From positions 1 through 53,007 of the forward strand of contig JBBQRQ010000026.1 in the NCBI GenBank assembly GCA_038214755.1: a stretch of DNA of 53,007 nucleotides, written 5' to 3'. Positions 9,524-19,509 of the stretch are shown here, one piece after another. Each line of letters starts with the position of its first letter. The first letter of the stretch is position 1. Source of the DNA: Verrucomicrobiota bacterium (lineage in GTDB: Bacteria > Verrucomicrobiota > Verrucomicrobiia > Limisphaerales > CANJXF01). Made by a program: the position numbers and the translations under genes. A model generated the notes under the pieces. It did no database searches and was not told where the DNA came from. It worked only from the letters and a program-made list of their open reading frames with translations.

Positions 9524-10480
9524 TTAGCGTTCTTTGCCAGAAGATTTTTTTGGCGGTTTCGATTTCCACAACATCGACCAGATGCCGCGTTGATTTAAGT
9601 TGCTGCTGAACGCGCTAAAATTTTCCGCAACAGAATTCATGTTGGTGACGAGCGAGCCGAGTTGAATTTTCATTTGTTCGTCACGCAATAAAAGTCCGGC
9701 GGGGCCATTGGTCGCTTTCACATCGTCCAGTAATTGACTGGCCGTGGCAGAGGCATTGCGCAAGTTTTTTACAGCGATGGCAATTGCATTTTGGTTGGCG
9801 GCCAGCATCGTTTTCAACTCGGCGGAAAAATCCAGCAAGTTGTTCAACGACGCGTTGAGAACAGGGCCGTTCGTCTCGACGAATTTATCAATCTGCCCCA
9901 GCGTTTGATTGGCGCTGGCGGAAATTAATTGCAGGTTGCTGATCGATTGCGAAAAATTGCCCAGGGTCGCCTCGCTCAAAATGGAGTGGTTCACATTGGA
10001 GACCGCGGTGTCGAGCGTGCGCAAAGTCGATTGCGCCTGCTGCAAAATTCCGGCGGTGGATCTCATCGCTTCCTGCAGGTTGAACGGCGGCTCGCAGATC
10101 ACCACCTGGTCATTGGTCAAATAGTGCCCGCTGTTGTTCGTGGACATGATCGCAACATATTGGTCTCCGAGAAAACCCAACGCATCGATTAGAAAACGCG
10201 CGTCACGATCGATTTTAAATTCCTTATAAATTTTCAACCGAATGACCACGCTGCCATTGGTCAACAAGCGGGTGTCCATCACGTCGCCGACTTTGACGCC
10301 CGACATCAACACGCTGGCTTTCTCTTTGATGCCACCGACATTTTCCGCGCGCATCCGCAACTCGTAAGTGCCCCGGAAAAGTGAGACGCCTTTGCTGAAA
10401 TTGAGCGTCAGCAGCGCGAGCAAAATCAACCCGAACAAAACAAACAAGCCGACTCTCCATTCGATTTTGTTTTGAGCCAT
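9524..10480 (-). CDS. mlaD: MCE/MlaD family protein
   Basis: EWRVGLFV TM, GGIKEKASVLMSGVKVGDV, GFLGDQYV, helical C-terminus. Confidence 0.88.
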   Translation of the reverse strand: MAQNKIEWRVGLFVLFGLILLALLTLNFSKGVSLFRGTYELRMRAENVGGIKEKASVLMSGVKVGDVMDTRLLTNGSVVIRLKIYKEFKIDRDARFLIDALGFLGDQYVAIMSTNNSGHYLTNDQVVICEPPFNLQEAMRSTAGILQQAQSTLRTLDTAVSNVNHSILSEATLGNFSQSISNLQLISASANQTLGQIDKFVETNGPVLNASLNNLLDFSAELKTMLAANQNAIAIAVKNLRNASATASQLLDDVKATNGPAGLLLRDEQMKIQLGSLVTNMNSVAENFSAFSSNLNQRGIWSMLWKSKPPKKSSGKER

Positions 10481-10483
10481 AAG

Positions 10484-11230
10484 TTAAAACGTGTGTTCTT
10501 TGTCCTCGGAAATTCCGTTGACGAACCGGTGGACGATGGGTTCCTGCGACGCAAAAATTTCGTCCGGCGTTCCCGTCGCGTAAATTTTTCCCTCGTGCAA
10601 CATCAAAATTTTTTTCGCCACCCGCCGCGCGCTGCGCATGTCATGGGTCACCACTACCGACGTCACTTTCAATTGCTCCACCACTCGCAACATTAACTTA
10701 TCGATGCTGTCTGCCACTATCGGGTCAAGGCCGGTCGTCGGCTCATCGTATAACAAAATTTGCGGACGATAAACCATGGCGCGGGCCAGCCCCACTCGTT
10801 TGCGCATCCCCCCGGAAAGTTCCGCCGTCTTTTTTTCCTCAGTCCCGGACAGGTCCACCATTTCCAAAACTTCCTGGACGCGCGTTTTGATTTCCTCCTC
10901 GGACAATTTCCCTTCGCGCCGCAAGGCGAAGCCGACATTTTCCGCGACGGTCATGGAGTCAAACAACGCCGCGCTTTGAAATAACATCCCGAATTTTCCG
11001 CGCACTTCGAGCAACTCGCGTTCGTTTTTGAGCGCCAAAGATTCTCCGTCGATCAGCACGTCTCCTTCGTCGGGCCGCAGCAAACCGATGAGGTGTTTAA
11101 GCAAAATACTTTTGCCGCCGCCGCTGACGCCGATGATCACGACTGACTCTCCTTTTTCAATCTGGAAGCTGACACCATCGAGCACCCGATGTGTCCCGAA
11201 ACTTTTTTTCAAATCGCGGACTTCGATCAT
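10484..11230 (-). CDS. mlaF: MlaF ABC ATPase
   Basis: GVSGGGKS, FQSAALFDSMTV, LSGGMRKRVGLARA, YDEPTTGLDP; start ATG 11230 overlaps the mlaE stop. Confidence 0.92.
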   Translation of the reverse strand: MIEVRDLKKSFGTHRVLDGVSFQIEKGESVVIIGVSGGGKSILLKHLIGLLRPDEGDVLIDGESLALKNERELLEVRGKFGMLFQSAALFDSMTVAENVGFALRREGKLSEEEIKTRVQEVLEMVDLSGTEEKKTAELSGGMRKRVGLARAMVYRPQILLYDEPTTGLDPIVADSIDKLMLRVVEQLKVTSVVVTHDMRSARRVAKKILMLHEGKIYATGTPDEIFASQEPIVHRFVNGISEDKEHTF

Positions 11231-12006
11231 TCGCCTTGAAATAATCGGGTCAGGATCATCGTCAAAAAAAAGTTGCTGATGAGAATTGTGATCGAAGAAT
11301 AAACAACCGATTCTGTCGTCGCCCGCCCGACTCCTTCCGCTCCTTCCGCGCAGCTCAATCCTTTGTAGCAGCCGATCACCGCGATGATTGCGCCAAAAAT
11401 AATCGTCTTGATGTAGCCGGTCAGCATGTCCTCGGCGCCCGTGTAGCGAAGCATGTTGGCCCACAAATAAGTCGCGTCGATCCCGAGCAAATAAACTCCC
11501 ACGATGTAGCCTGCGCCAATGCCCACCGTGACGGCTTCGGCGGTCAGCAACGGCATGACGAGAATTGTCGCCGAGACGCGCGGCACGACGAGGTAATCCA
11601 CCGGATGCGTCGCCAACGTCCGCAACGCATCGATCTGTTCAGTCACGCGCATCGTGCCGATCTCCGCCGCGATGGCCGCGCCGACCCGCCCGGCCACCAT
11701 CAACGCGGTCAACACCGGCCCCAATTCGCTCCCCATCGAGACGCTGACCACGGCGAGAGTGGCCGTGTCCATTTTGACTTTGTGAAATTGGAAATACGTT
11801 TGCGCGCAGAGCACCATGCCGGTGAACGCGCCGGTGATGAGAACGACCGACTGCGATTTGAAACCGATGAAATAGATTTGGTAAATCAAATCGCGCCACG
11901 GAATTTTGCGTTTGAAAAACGAGGAGAAAATTTCACTGACCAGCACGGCAATGCTGCCCAGCCCAGTGATCCATTCGACGATCCGATTCCTGAGAACAGT
12001 GGTCAT
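11227..12006 (-). CDS. mlaE: MlaE ABC permease
   Basis: ELGPVLTALMVAGRVGAAIAAEIGTMRVTEQIDAL, GAEGVGRATT. Confidence 0.93.
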   Translation of the reverse strand: MTTVLRNRIVEWITGLGSIAVLVSEIFSSFFKRKIPWRDLIYQIYFIGFKSQSVVLITGAFTGMVLCAQTYFQFHKVKMDTATLAVVSVSMGSELGPVLTALMVAGRVGAAIAAEIGTMRVTEQIDALRTLATHPVDYLVVPRVSATILVMPLLTAEAVTVGIGAGYIVGVYLLGIDATYLWANMLRYTGAEDMLTGYIKTIIFGAIIAVIGCYKGLSCAEGAEGVGRATTESVVYSSITILISNFFLTMILTRLFQGE

Positions 12007-12060
12007 AGCGACGGCGCAACGTAGCAAACGGAAAGGGGGTTTAAAGTTTAAAGTTCAACA

Positions 12061-12201
12061 GGGCGTGTTGCCCAACTAGTAAAGGAGCGCGGACGTTCTC
12101 GTCCGCGTGAATGGGGAGAGCCGAGAACGCTGACGTTTTTGCCGTCTTGAAACACGCGGACGAGAACGTCCGCGCTCCTAATTGCTTTGGGCAACGCGCC
12201 C
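12061..12201. repeat. MITE/REP-like palindrome with IS-like outer ends
   Basis: Outer gggcgtgttgcccaa / ttgggcaacgcgccc; inner 26-bp perfect arms 12084-12109 / 12153-12178. Confidence 0.8.
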
Positions 12202-12304
12202 GCCAGATGGCCTGCCTATCCGGTTCGAGTTTGAGCTTTGAACTTGGCTTGGGTGCTACAAAAAAAAGTTGGCTTGGCTGGACAAACATTTTATTGTCGC
12301 GCTG

Positions 12305-13210
12305 ATGTCCGTTCAATTCACGATTCTTGGCAGCGGTTCCGGCGGCAACTGCGCTTATCTGGAGACCGGCGAAGTCCGGCTTCTGATCGACGCTGGATTC
12401 AGCGGGCGCCAAATTCGTCAAAAGCTCGCCGCCATTTCTCGCGCGCCGGAGACGTTGAGCGGCATTCTCATCACGCACGAACATTCCGATCACATCTCCG
12501 GCCTGGTCGGACTCGCCGCGCGATTGAATCTTCCCATTTATTGCAACGGCCAAACTCGTGAAGCGATCGAAGCGCAACTGCAAATTAAAATTCACTGCCA
12601 ACTTTTCGAGACCGGCCAATCGTTTGAAATCGGCGATGTGCGCGTCGATACTTTTTCCGTTCCGCACGACGCGATTGATCCGGTTGGATTTCTTTTGCGA
12701 ACGACTTGCGGACAGATTGGTTTTCTCACTGATCTCGGTCATGTGACGAAATTAATTGTGGAACGCATCCGGCACTGCAACGTGCTCGTGCTGGAAACCA
12801 ATCACGACGTGCAGATGTTGCAGGACGATCCGCGTCGCCCGTGGAGTTTGAAACAACGAATTCTCAGCCGGCACGGCCATCTCTCCAACGAGGCTGCCGC
12901 CGATGTTGCCGAAAAAATTTGTTCGGCGGAACTGCAACATTTGTTTTTGGGACATCTCAGCCGCGATTGCAACACGCCGAAGCTGGCCAATGGCGCGGTC
13001 GATGGCCGGCTGAAAAAAATCGGCGCAAACCACGTTTCCGTTCAAATCACCTCTCAGGAAAATCCCTGCCCGACGTTGCATCTGGAAAATATTTTTTCCG
13101 CCCCAGCGATTCCTGATTCGTTGAGAGAAACGTTTGTGAAAACCTTTTCGGCTTTCTCGCCGGAATCTATTCCGTTGCCCGCGGTTCTCGGTCAGCAGGC
13201 GTTGCTTTAA
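12305..13210 (+). CDS. MBL-fold metallo-hydrolase (YycJ/WalJ-like)
   Basis: LGSGSGGN, THEHSDH, HDA, TDLG, ETNHD, GHLSN, HLSRDCN. Confidence 0.9.
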   Translation: MSVQFTILGSGSGGNCAYLETGEVRLLIDAGFSGRQIRQKLAAISRAPETLSGILITHEHSDHISGLVGLAARLNLPIYCNGQTREAIEAQLQIKIHCQLFETGQSFEIGDVRVDTFSVPHDAIDPVGFLLRTTCGQIGFLTDLGHVTKLIVERIRHCNVLVLETNHDVQMLQDDPRRPWSLKQRILSRHGHLSNEAAADVAEKICSAELQHLFLGHLSRDCNTPKLANGAVDGRLKKIGANHVSVQITSQENPCPTLHLENIFSAPAIPDSLRETFVKTFSAFSPESIPLPAVLGQQALL

Positions 13211-13277
13211 AGAATTTCTTTAGTTGTAGCGGCGCGTCTATGACCGCCGCCAATTTAAACCCGGCTTTTGCCTGAGC

Positions 13278-13387
13278 CGTAGCGCAGCTTTGCAAGCTGC
13301 TGTATCGCCGGTTTGCAACCGGCAGGGCGTCGCGACATCCAGCAGGTTGCAAACCTGCGATACGGCAGGTTTTAAACCTGCGCTACG
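13278..13387. repeat. Multi-hairpin REP-like element (cgtagcgcag...ctgcgctacg)
   Basis: Terminal IR plus internal hairpins; near-identical inverted copy at 31567-31675. Confidence 0.85.
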
Positions 13388-13408
13388 ACGCCATGCAGAA
13401 AAAAATTT

Positions 13409-14107
13409 ATGCAAAACTTTTATTCAATTCTGGTCGTCGTAATTTTTACCGCAGTAAATGGCAGCGCACAATCGCTCCGGCCTGATCCCGAACAATTGCC
13501 GCCGACAATTCATCCCGAAAAAAAAGTCCACTTCGTCAGCGTCGATCACGCATTTCAACCGGCGAATTCAAATTGGGTTGCGTCGCTGAAAATTCTGACG
13601 GGCGGCGATCACGCGACCGAGCCAGTGGACATTGGCGGGCACGAGGGCGTGAGAGTGATGGGAATCAAGTTCAACACCGCTGACGCGCAGTTTCAAACCT
13701 GGGCCAGCCAGCACGAGATCGATATTCTTCTGCAAATTTTCGGCGACGACGCTTTGCTCGATGAAAAAAGGCAGCCGCGTTATTTCAATTTTCTCACCGG
13801 CACTTTGCCGGAACCGATTGCCGTGGATGGCGGAGAGATTCCCGCGTCGGCCAAAAATAAAAAGTGGAACTGGATGCTGTTCCGCGTTCCAAACGGCTTG
13901 CGTCACATGGATGGAGGACGTCTCGTCGGCACGATTCATCCCAAAGCGCGCGGCGATTCTCCCATCGCCGGGGTTTCAATTTTAAGCGGACAAAATGGCG
14001 GGACGATTCGCCTCGATGGCTTGCATGATTTAAAAGTTCGCTTTGTCGCGTTCGGCGAAAAAGGCGCGTTCGGGGAACCGAAGCAGATCAATATTTTTTC
14101 AGAGTAA
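13409..14107 (+). CDS. Secreted hypothetical protein
   Basis: Signal-peptide-like N-terminus, 232 aa. Confidence 0.7.
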   Translation: MQNFYSILVVVIFTAVNGSAQSLRPDPEQLPPTIHPEKKVHFVSVDHAFQPANSNWVASLKILTGGDHATEPVDIGGHEGVRVMGIKFNTADAQFQTWASQHEIDILLQIFGDDALLDEKRQPRYFNFLTGTLPEPIAVDGGEIPASAKNKKWNWMLFRVPNGLRHMDGGRLVGTIHPKARGDSPIAGVSILSGQNGGTIRLDGLHDLKVRFVAFGEKGAFGEPKQINIFSE

Positions 14108-14154
14108 ATTTGTGGCGCATCGAGGAAATTTTGAAACAAGACGAACAAAGATAT

Positions 14155-14312
14155 GGGGTAGCATCTGCCTCCGGCGGGTGCGGCTGGAGAAACCATTCGA
14201 TGTTCGTTGTTCATTGTTCGATGTTTAAAATCAACATCGAACATCGAACATCGAACATTGAATGCCGAATACCGAATGCGTCTTCGCACCCGCCGGAGGC
14301 AGATGCTACCCC
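14155..14312. repeat. GGGTAGCATCTGCCTC-family element, copy 3
   Basis: Arms 14155-14182 / 14285-14312; core of inverted tcgatgt / acatcga heptamers. Confidence 0.85.
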
Positions 14313-14369
14313 GCTGAAAAAATAAAAATTCATTTCCGTTAAAAATAAAAATCCTCAACCCGAAATCTT

Positions 14370-15347
14370 ATGCAACGAAAAGTCCAAGTCTTCATCGTCA
14401 TTGTCGTCCTCGCCCTCGCCGGAGTAGCGGTCTATACGTTCAATCAATCCCGAAAAAAAGATGCGCAGTTGAAAGCATTGACGGAATCGCTCGAAACCAA
14501 AACTACCGCCGCTCAGAGCAGCGCGGAGGATGGAGACCGTGCCGCCGAACGAACGCGTCAGATCGAGGAACGCGCGGCGCGCGCTAAAAATTCTCCGAGC
14601 GCTAACATTCCATCCGCCACTTCCGCGCCCAGCTCCCTCGCGCAAACCAACGCAGGCAGCGCCCTGTCCAGCATGACGCAGGATCCGCAAATGCGGAAAA
14701 CTTTGCGCGACCAACAAAAAATGGGGATGACGATGATTTACGGCCAACTGGCGAAACAATTGAAACTCACCACCAACCAAACCGATCAACTCAACAACTT
14801 TCTCGCCGACCATGTGATGGATAATGTGGATCAAATCACCAAGGGGCTTGCCGGAGGAAAAAGCGCGGAAGAAATGGATAAGCTTTTTACCCAGCAGGAT
14901 TTGGCGCTGCAGGAGAAAATCGAAGGATTGCTCGGAGCGGATGGTCTGGCGAAATACCAGGATTACACCCGCAACCTCGCCAGCACCCTCACCTCGGAAC
15001 AATTCAAAGGGATGCTGACGGGAGACAAGGCGGCGAAGGATGAACACGCCCGGCAACTCGCCGATGCGATGCGTGAAGAAACCGAATATACTTTGCGCAC
15101 GGCAGGTCTCGATCCAAATTTCCAGACCGTTCCAATGCTCAATTTTCGCAACATTGCCTCCGAAGAAGAAGCCAACAAGAACCTCAAACTGCTCGATGAT
15201 ATTTACAGTCGCGTTTCACTTCGCGCCGGGGCTTTTTTGAGTCCGGAGGAAGTAGCGAAGTTCGGGACCTTTCGCACAAATGCGATCAACATGAATCGCA
15301 TGGCCATCACCATGAATCGAAAAATGATGGCACCGAACATGAAGTAA
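14370..15347 (+). CDS. Membrane-anchored helical hypothetical protein
   Basis: N-terminal TM, coiled-coil, all-alpha composition. Confidence 0.75.
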   Translation: MQRKVQVFIVIVVLALAGVAVYTFNQSRKKDAQLKALTESLETKTTAAQSSAEDGDRAAERTRQIEERAARAKNSPSANIPSATSAPSSLAQTNAGSALSSMTQDPQMRKTLRDQQKMGMTMIYGQLAKQLKLTTNQTDQLNNFLADHVMDNVDQITKGLAGGKSAEEMDKLFTQQDLALQEKIEGLLGADGLAKYQDYTRNLASTLTSEQFKGMLTGDKAAKDEHARQLADAMREETEYTLRTAGLDPNFQTVPMLNFRNIASEEEANKNLKLLDDIYSRVSLRAGAFLSPEEVAKFGTFRTNAINMNRMAITMNRKMMAPNMK

Positions 15348-15419
15348 GAACGTCAGGGGATGGCGAGGTCCGCACGCATATTCCCGAACGAGGTCCAGTT
15401 CGTTTTGCATCCGTTGCAG

Positions 15420-15479
15420 TTACAATTTCAAATCCGCATCCGTCACCGCGCCGAGTGAGGCAGTGGTGACGTGGCTCGC
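15420..15479 (-). pseudogene. ilvD: Orphan ilvD 3' end (last 19 codons plus stop)
   Basis: [19 protein letters not shown] vs [19 protein letters not shown] in the full gene. Confidence 0.9.
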
Positions 15480-15504
15480 AGTTCGGCAGAAATCGAGAGG
15501 GTCA

Positions 15505-15720
15505 CTCTCGCGACCATCAGTTCTGCTCGCGTCGATGCGGCATCGAACACTCCGAGAAATTTTTCCTTTTGACTGGCGACGATTTTTTTGGATCAAGGTT
15601 TTTCTTTGCAGACAGCCCTGACTGCGCTTCAGTGAGAAGAAGTCGTTCACCGGTCATCAATTTGATCAGATCTATCTGAATGTTCTTTCGGTCCACCATA
15701 GCGGTATTCTTCACGAAAAA
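15505..15720 (-). pseudogene. Frameshifted copy of the 65-aa gene at 18923-19120, plus the last codons of its upstream partner
   Basis: MVDRKNIQIDLIKLMTGERLL... then indels; DNA similarity extends to ttcttcacgaaaa (cf. 19128-19140). Confidence 0.85.
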
Positions 15721-15784
15721 CAGTTTGGTGTGACTGATGGAATCCCGCTCGCAATGCCTTTTCAACTTTGCAAAGCTCGCGGTC

Positions 15785-16135
15785 ATGTCCGCTGGACAAC
15801 TCTGGCTTTTTCCGCCGCCCAAACCGCTCGTCGAACGGTTCGGGAAGGAGTTCTTTCATCAATTGCCTGAGCGACCCGGCGTGTATCTCATGTGCGGCGA
15901 GCGGGAAGGCGTGCTTTACGTGGGGAGCGCGAAGAATTTGAAGAAGCGGCTCTCGGCCTATCGTGTGTCCAATCCCGAACGGTTTCCACGGCGGATCATC
16001 CGTCTGTTGAACGAAGTCCGCCGCATCGAGTTTGATATCTGCGCGAGCGAAGCCACCGCGCGCGACCGCGAGGAACAACTCATCTGCACGCTGCTGCCCA
16101 AGTTCAATCGCGCCGGGAAAGTTTGGCCGAGATAA
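15785..16135 (+). CDS. Stand-alone GIY-YIG nuclease (UvrC N-terminal-like)
   Basis: LPERPGVYLM...LYVGSAKNLKKRL..Y, E-A--RE, PKFN. Confidence 0.88.
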   Translation: MSAGQLWLFPPPKPLVERFGKEFFHQLPERPGVYLMCGEREGVLYVGSAKNLKKRLSAYRVSNPERFPRRIIRLLNEVRRIEFDICASEATARDREEQLICTLLPKFNRAGKVWPR

Positions 16136-16493
16136 CAATGGAATGTTGTAACCCTCGTGTTTCGCAACCCTGGGCTGAGTTGTGAAATCGCGTTGGAACT
16201 CCGGGAATGGAGCGCGCCTCTTTGAGCCGCAGAATTCAGGCCGTGTTGAATTCTTCTTCGTGCTCATCCACTTGGGCGAAGCTACCGCGGGTCGCCGACT
16301 TGCGCTCCTGATTGGCCTCAACGGGGCAATGTCAATCAGCCCGACGTTCGAGCGGCTTGCCGCGCCGAACCGAAACAAAAGCGGAAGCGACTGCTTGACG
16401 AATCAAAAAATGAAACCAACGGGTTTGTACCACTACCTCACCACACGGTTTGTGCTTGTTTCCGCAGGTATATCTCTGATATAAACGCCGAGT

Positions 16494-18269
16494 GTGAATA
16501 CGCATTGCCTGCAACTGGCCGCTGGTCTTTTGGTATTATTTATCTTCACCGCTTCGTCCGCAGTGCGCTACGTGGACTTGAACAGCGCTAATCCGCTGCC
16601 GCCTTATACGGATTGGATTACGGCTGCGACCAACATTCAGGATGCCGTCGACGCTGCCGACTCCGGCGACCAAATCCTCGTGACCAATGGAGTTTATTAT
16701 ACTGGTGGGAGAGTGGTTTCCGGCATTCTGTCGAATCGCGTCGCAGTGGCGAAGACGGTGAATGTTCAAAGCGTGAACGGTCCAGCGGTGACATTGATTC
16801 AAGGAAAATATCGTCCTTTTCCGGTGCGTTGTGTTTATCTGTCCGGCGGAGCAACGCTTATGGGTTTCACGCTCACCAATGGAGGGACGGGATTCTCTGG
16901 AAACGAAGTTAATGACCAAAGCGGTGGTGGAGTGTGGTGTGAATCATCCGGTGAGATCGTGTCTAATTGTGTGCTGATTAGCAACAACGCCGCGTATTTT
17001 GGTGGAGGAGCATACGGGGGCACACTGAACAACTGTGTGCTAATGGTTAACTCCGCACAGTTTGGCGGCGGAGGCTGCTTTAGCACGATGAACTGCTGTA
17101 CGCTGACCAGCAACTCAGCCAACATCTCCTTCCAAGGTATCGGCGGAGGTTCCTATATCAGCACGCTCAGCAACTGCACTTTGACGGGCAATTGGGCTTT
17201 CGACTTTGGCGGCGGCTCGTACGGTGGGACTCTTAACAACTGCAAACTGAGAAACAACTCTGCCCAAATTGGCGGCGGTTCCAATTATGGCCTCCTCAAC
17301 AACTGTAATCTCACAGGCAACTCGGCTTCCTATGAAGGCGGCGGTTGTTATGGTGCCGGGCTGAATGAATGCACGGTGACAGGCAACTCCGCAGGGAGAG
17401 GTGGCGGCTGCTCTTCCAGTACGCTGAATAACTGCATGTTGAGTTGGAATTTAGCCGGCACGGGCGGCGGTTCCTGGAAGAGCTCCATGAACAACTGCAC
17501 ATTGACAGGCAACTCGGCTTCCTCGGTGGGTGGCGGGGACTGGGGCGGCATGCTAATGAACTGCACCATCGCCGAGAACTCAGCTAACCGAGGAGGTGGT
17601 TCCTTTAGCTCGACGCTCGACAACTGCGTCGTCTGGGACAACCATGCTAACAGCAATTTAAACTACGCCTTCGGACAACTCCGATATAGTTGCACCATAC
17701 CACTCGCCTCCGGCACTGGCAATATTACCAACGAGCCACTTTTCATTGATCGTGCTAGCGGTAACCTACGCCTCCAATCCAACTCCCCATGCATCAACGC
17801 TGGGAAAAATGCTTATGCACCAGTTGGGCCGGACTTGGACGGCAACGCTCGCATCGCTGGCGGTACGGTGGACATCGGTGCGTATGAATTCCAAAACCCT
17901 TCCTCAATGCTCTCTTACGTTTGGGCGCAGCGATACGGTCTCCCCACGAGCGGTTTGGCGGATTACGCCGACTCGGACGGTGACGGTATGAACAATTGGC
18001 AAGAGTGGCGAGCCGATACGATTCCCACAAACAATTTGTCCCTGCTGGAAATGTTATTTCCGTCAGGCACCGTGTCCGCTGTCGTGGTCACATGGCGAAG
18101 CGTGAGCGGCGTGAATTATTTTCTCGACCGCAGCAGCAATCTTGGAACACAGCCATCTTTCCTGACGCTCAAGACCAACATCTCCGGGCAGTCCGGCACG
18201 ACAACTTACATTGACACCAACGCCGTCGGCACCGGGCAGTTTTTCTACCGCGTGGGCGTGCAGGAGTAG
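16494..18269 (+). CDS. Secreted beta-helix repeat protein with choice-of-anchor Q domain
   Basis: Signal peptide, [10 protein letters not shown], about 10 [12 protein letters not shown] repeats, [11 protein letters not shown]...DLDGNAR...VDIGAYE. Confidence 0.85.
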   Translation: MNTHCLQLAAGLLVLFIFTASSAVRYVDLNSANPLPPYTDWITAATNIQDAVDAADSGDQILVTNGVYYTGGRVVSGILSNRVAVAKTVNVQSVNGPAVTLIQGKYRPFPVRCVYLSGGATLMGFTLTNGGTGFSGNEVNDQSGGGVWCESSGEIVSNCVLISNNAAYFGGGAYGGTLNNCVLMVNSAQFGGGGCFSTMNCCTLTSNSANISFQGIGGGSYISTLSNCTLTGNWAFDFGGGSYGGTLNNCKLRNNSAQIGGGSNYGLLNNCNLTGNSASYEGGGCYGAGLNECTVTGNSAGRGGGCSSSTLNNCMLSWNLAGTGGGSWKSSMNNCTLTGNSASSVGGGDWGGMLMNCTIAENSANRGGGSFSSTLDNCVVWDNHANSNLNYAFGQLRYSCTIPLASGTGNITNEPLFIDRASGNLRLQSNSPCINAGKNAYAPVGPDLDGNARIAGGTVDIGAYEFQNPSSMLSYVWAQRYGLPTSGLADYADSDGDGMNNWQEWRADTIPTNNLSLLEMLFPSGTVSAVVVTWRSVSGVNYFLDRSSNLGTQPSFLTLKTNISGQSGTTTYIDTNAVGTGQFFYRVGVQE

Positions 18270-18374
18270 AGCGGTTTTGGAGTGCCCCGGTTTGTCGCGC
18301 TTTTTCGCAGCGCAAATTGACGCGCTGCTGCCGGGCGACAAGCCGCCGAGATTGATGGTCAGCGCGCTCCAAAT

Positions 18375-18449
18375 TTACGTCACGAACTCAAACGCCAAAT
18401 CCTTCAAATACTCCGTCTCCTGGATCATTGGAATTATTGGATCTGCCAT
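18375..18449 (-). pseudogene. Orphan C-terminal fragment resembling RlmI/YccW-type methyltransferase
   Basis: ADPIIPMIQETEYLKDLAFEFVT* resembles the PDHP....PETEYLKG terminal motif. Confidence 0.55.
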
Positions 18450-18524
18450 GCAGAGAGGGCGAGTTCTGCTCGTCCAATGCCATTGCCGCATTCACAGCTC
18501 TTCAACAGTTCAATTCCTTGTGGG

Positions 18525-18662
18525 CTACAACTCCAACTCCGTATCCGCATCAGTCACCGTGCCGAGGGACGCGTGGTGACGTGGCTGGCGTATTTCGCCA
18601 ACACGCCGCGAATGTAAAGGGGCGGCAACGGTTTCCACGCTTTCTTGCGCGCGGTTATTTCG
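18525..18662 (-). pseudogene. ilvD: Degenerate orphan ilvD 3' end (frameshifted)
   Basis: [30 protein letters not shown] / 1-nt deletion / ASLGTVTDADTELEL*. Confidence 0.9.
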
Positions 18663-18669
18663 CTCGTGT

Positions 18670-18873
18670 TCAAAATGGCGCGGGTATCCCGTAAAGCCGT
18701 TGAAAGAGTTGGCGCTTTAATTCCTGCGGCGCAAGTCCGGTTGGCAGCGAAGCAAGGACGACCGCTCGCGCGGCATCGAACATCTGTGTGCCCATGACAA
18801 AGCGTTCTGAACCGGAACGGCTCATCAGCTTTTGCCGAACAAGTTCGGCGATCTCTGGTGATGTGTCATTCAT
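18670..18873 (-). CDS. Small hypothetical protein (antitoxin-like)
   Basis: MNDTSPEI...RSGSERFVMG..MFDAAR; a type I recall seeing downstream of nucleotidyltransferase genes. Confidence 0.7.
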   Translation of the reverse strand: MNDTSPEIAELVRQKLMSRSGSERFVMGTQMFDAARAVVLASLPTGLAPQELKRQLFQRLYGIPAPF

Positions 18874-18922
18874 GCGAACATTCCTGGAGCAGTTCGTAGT
18901 TCGGCAGGATTGAGTTTGTCAC

Positions 18923-19120
18923 TCACGCGGCCATCAGTTCGGCTCGCGCCAATGCGGCATCGAACACGCCCAGAAGTTTTTCCTTTTGACTCGCGACGGG
19001 TTTCTTCGGATCAAGTTTCTTTTCCAGAGACAGCCCTGACCGCGATTCGGTAAGGCGAAGAAGTCGTTCACCACCCATCAATTTGATCAGGTCAATCTGA
19101 ATGTTCTTGCGGTCAACCAT
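18923..19120 (-). CDS. 65-aa hypothetical protein
   Basis: Intact ORF 4 bp after its partner; decayed paralog at 15505-15700. Confidence 0.75.
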   Translation of the reverse strand: MVDRKNIQIDLIKLMGGERLLRLTESRSGLSLEKKLDPKKPVASQKEKLLGVFDAALARAELMAA

Positions 19121-19124
19121 GGCG

Positions 19125-19493
19125 TTATTCTTCACGAAAACCGTAAGATTGCAACATGCGGTTCAGGTTTTCCGGTGAAGCATTTCCAAATTCCGCATGA
19201 GCGGCTTGCGCCGCGTTTTCAAAATCACCTTCGTTAAATTCCATGACGCTTTGTGGCGGACGTTGGCTCGCAACTGTCGCCGCTTCAAGAATTTCGTGGT
19301 AAAGCGAGATAGACACTTCTCGCTCGTTCAACGCCCCGCTGATAATCAAATGAAATTTCTGACCAACAATTCTGGTTTGCGCGAGGGCTTCCCTTTCCAG
19401 CGCGTCCAACATTGGCGTGTTGGTGAACTCAATGTTGGTGATAACGAACCCGCCGCGCAACCGGAGGTTTTTAAATGCTGCCACGTCAATCAT
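19125..19493 (-). CDS. Hypothetical protein with HExxE motif (possible zincin-like)
   Basis: ISLYHEILEAA in an IrrE/ImmA-like context. Confidence 0.7.
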   Translation of the reverse strand: MIDVAAFKNLRLRGGFVITNIEFTNTPMLDALEREALAQTRIVGQKFHLIISGALNEREVSISLYHEILEAATVASQRPPQSVMEFNEGDFENAAQAAHAEFGNASPENLNRMLQSYGFREE

Positions 19494-19509
19494 CGCTCGA
19501 TTACTTTGC

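Noticed and set aside
11231..11464. N-terminal extension of the MlaF ORF
   Set aside because: It overlaps mlaE out of frame; the true start is ATG 11230.
16960..17640. Periodic repeats as a CRISPR array or DGR variable region
   Set aside because: They are degenerate in-frame coding repeats ([12 protein letters not shown]). There are no identical repeats with spacers, and no cas or reverse transcriptase gene.
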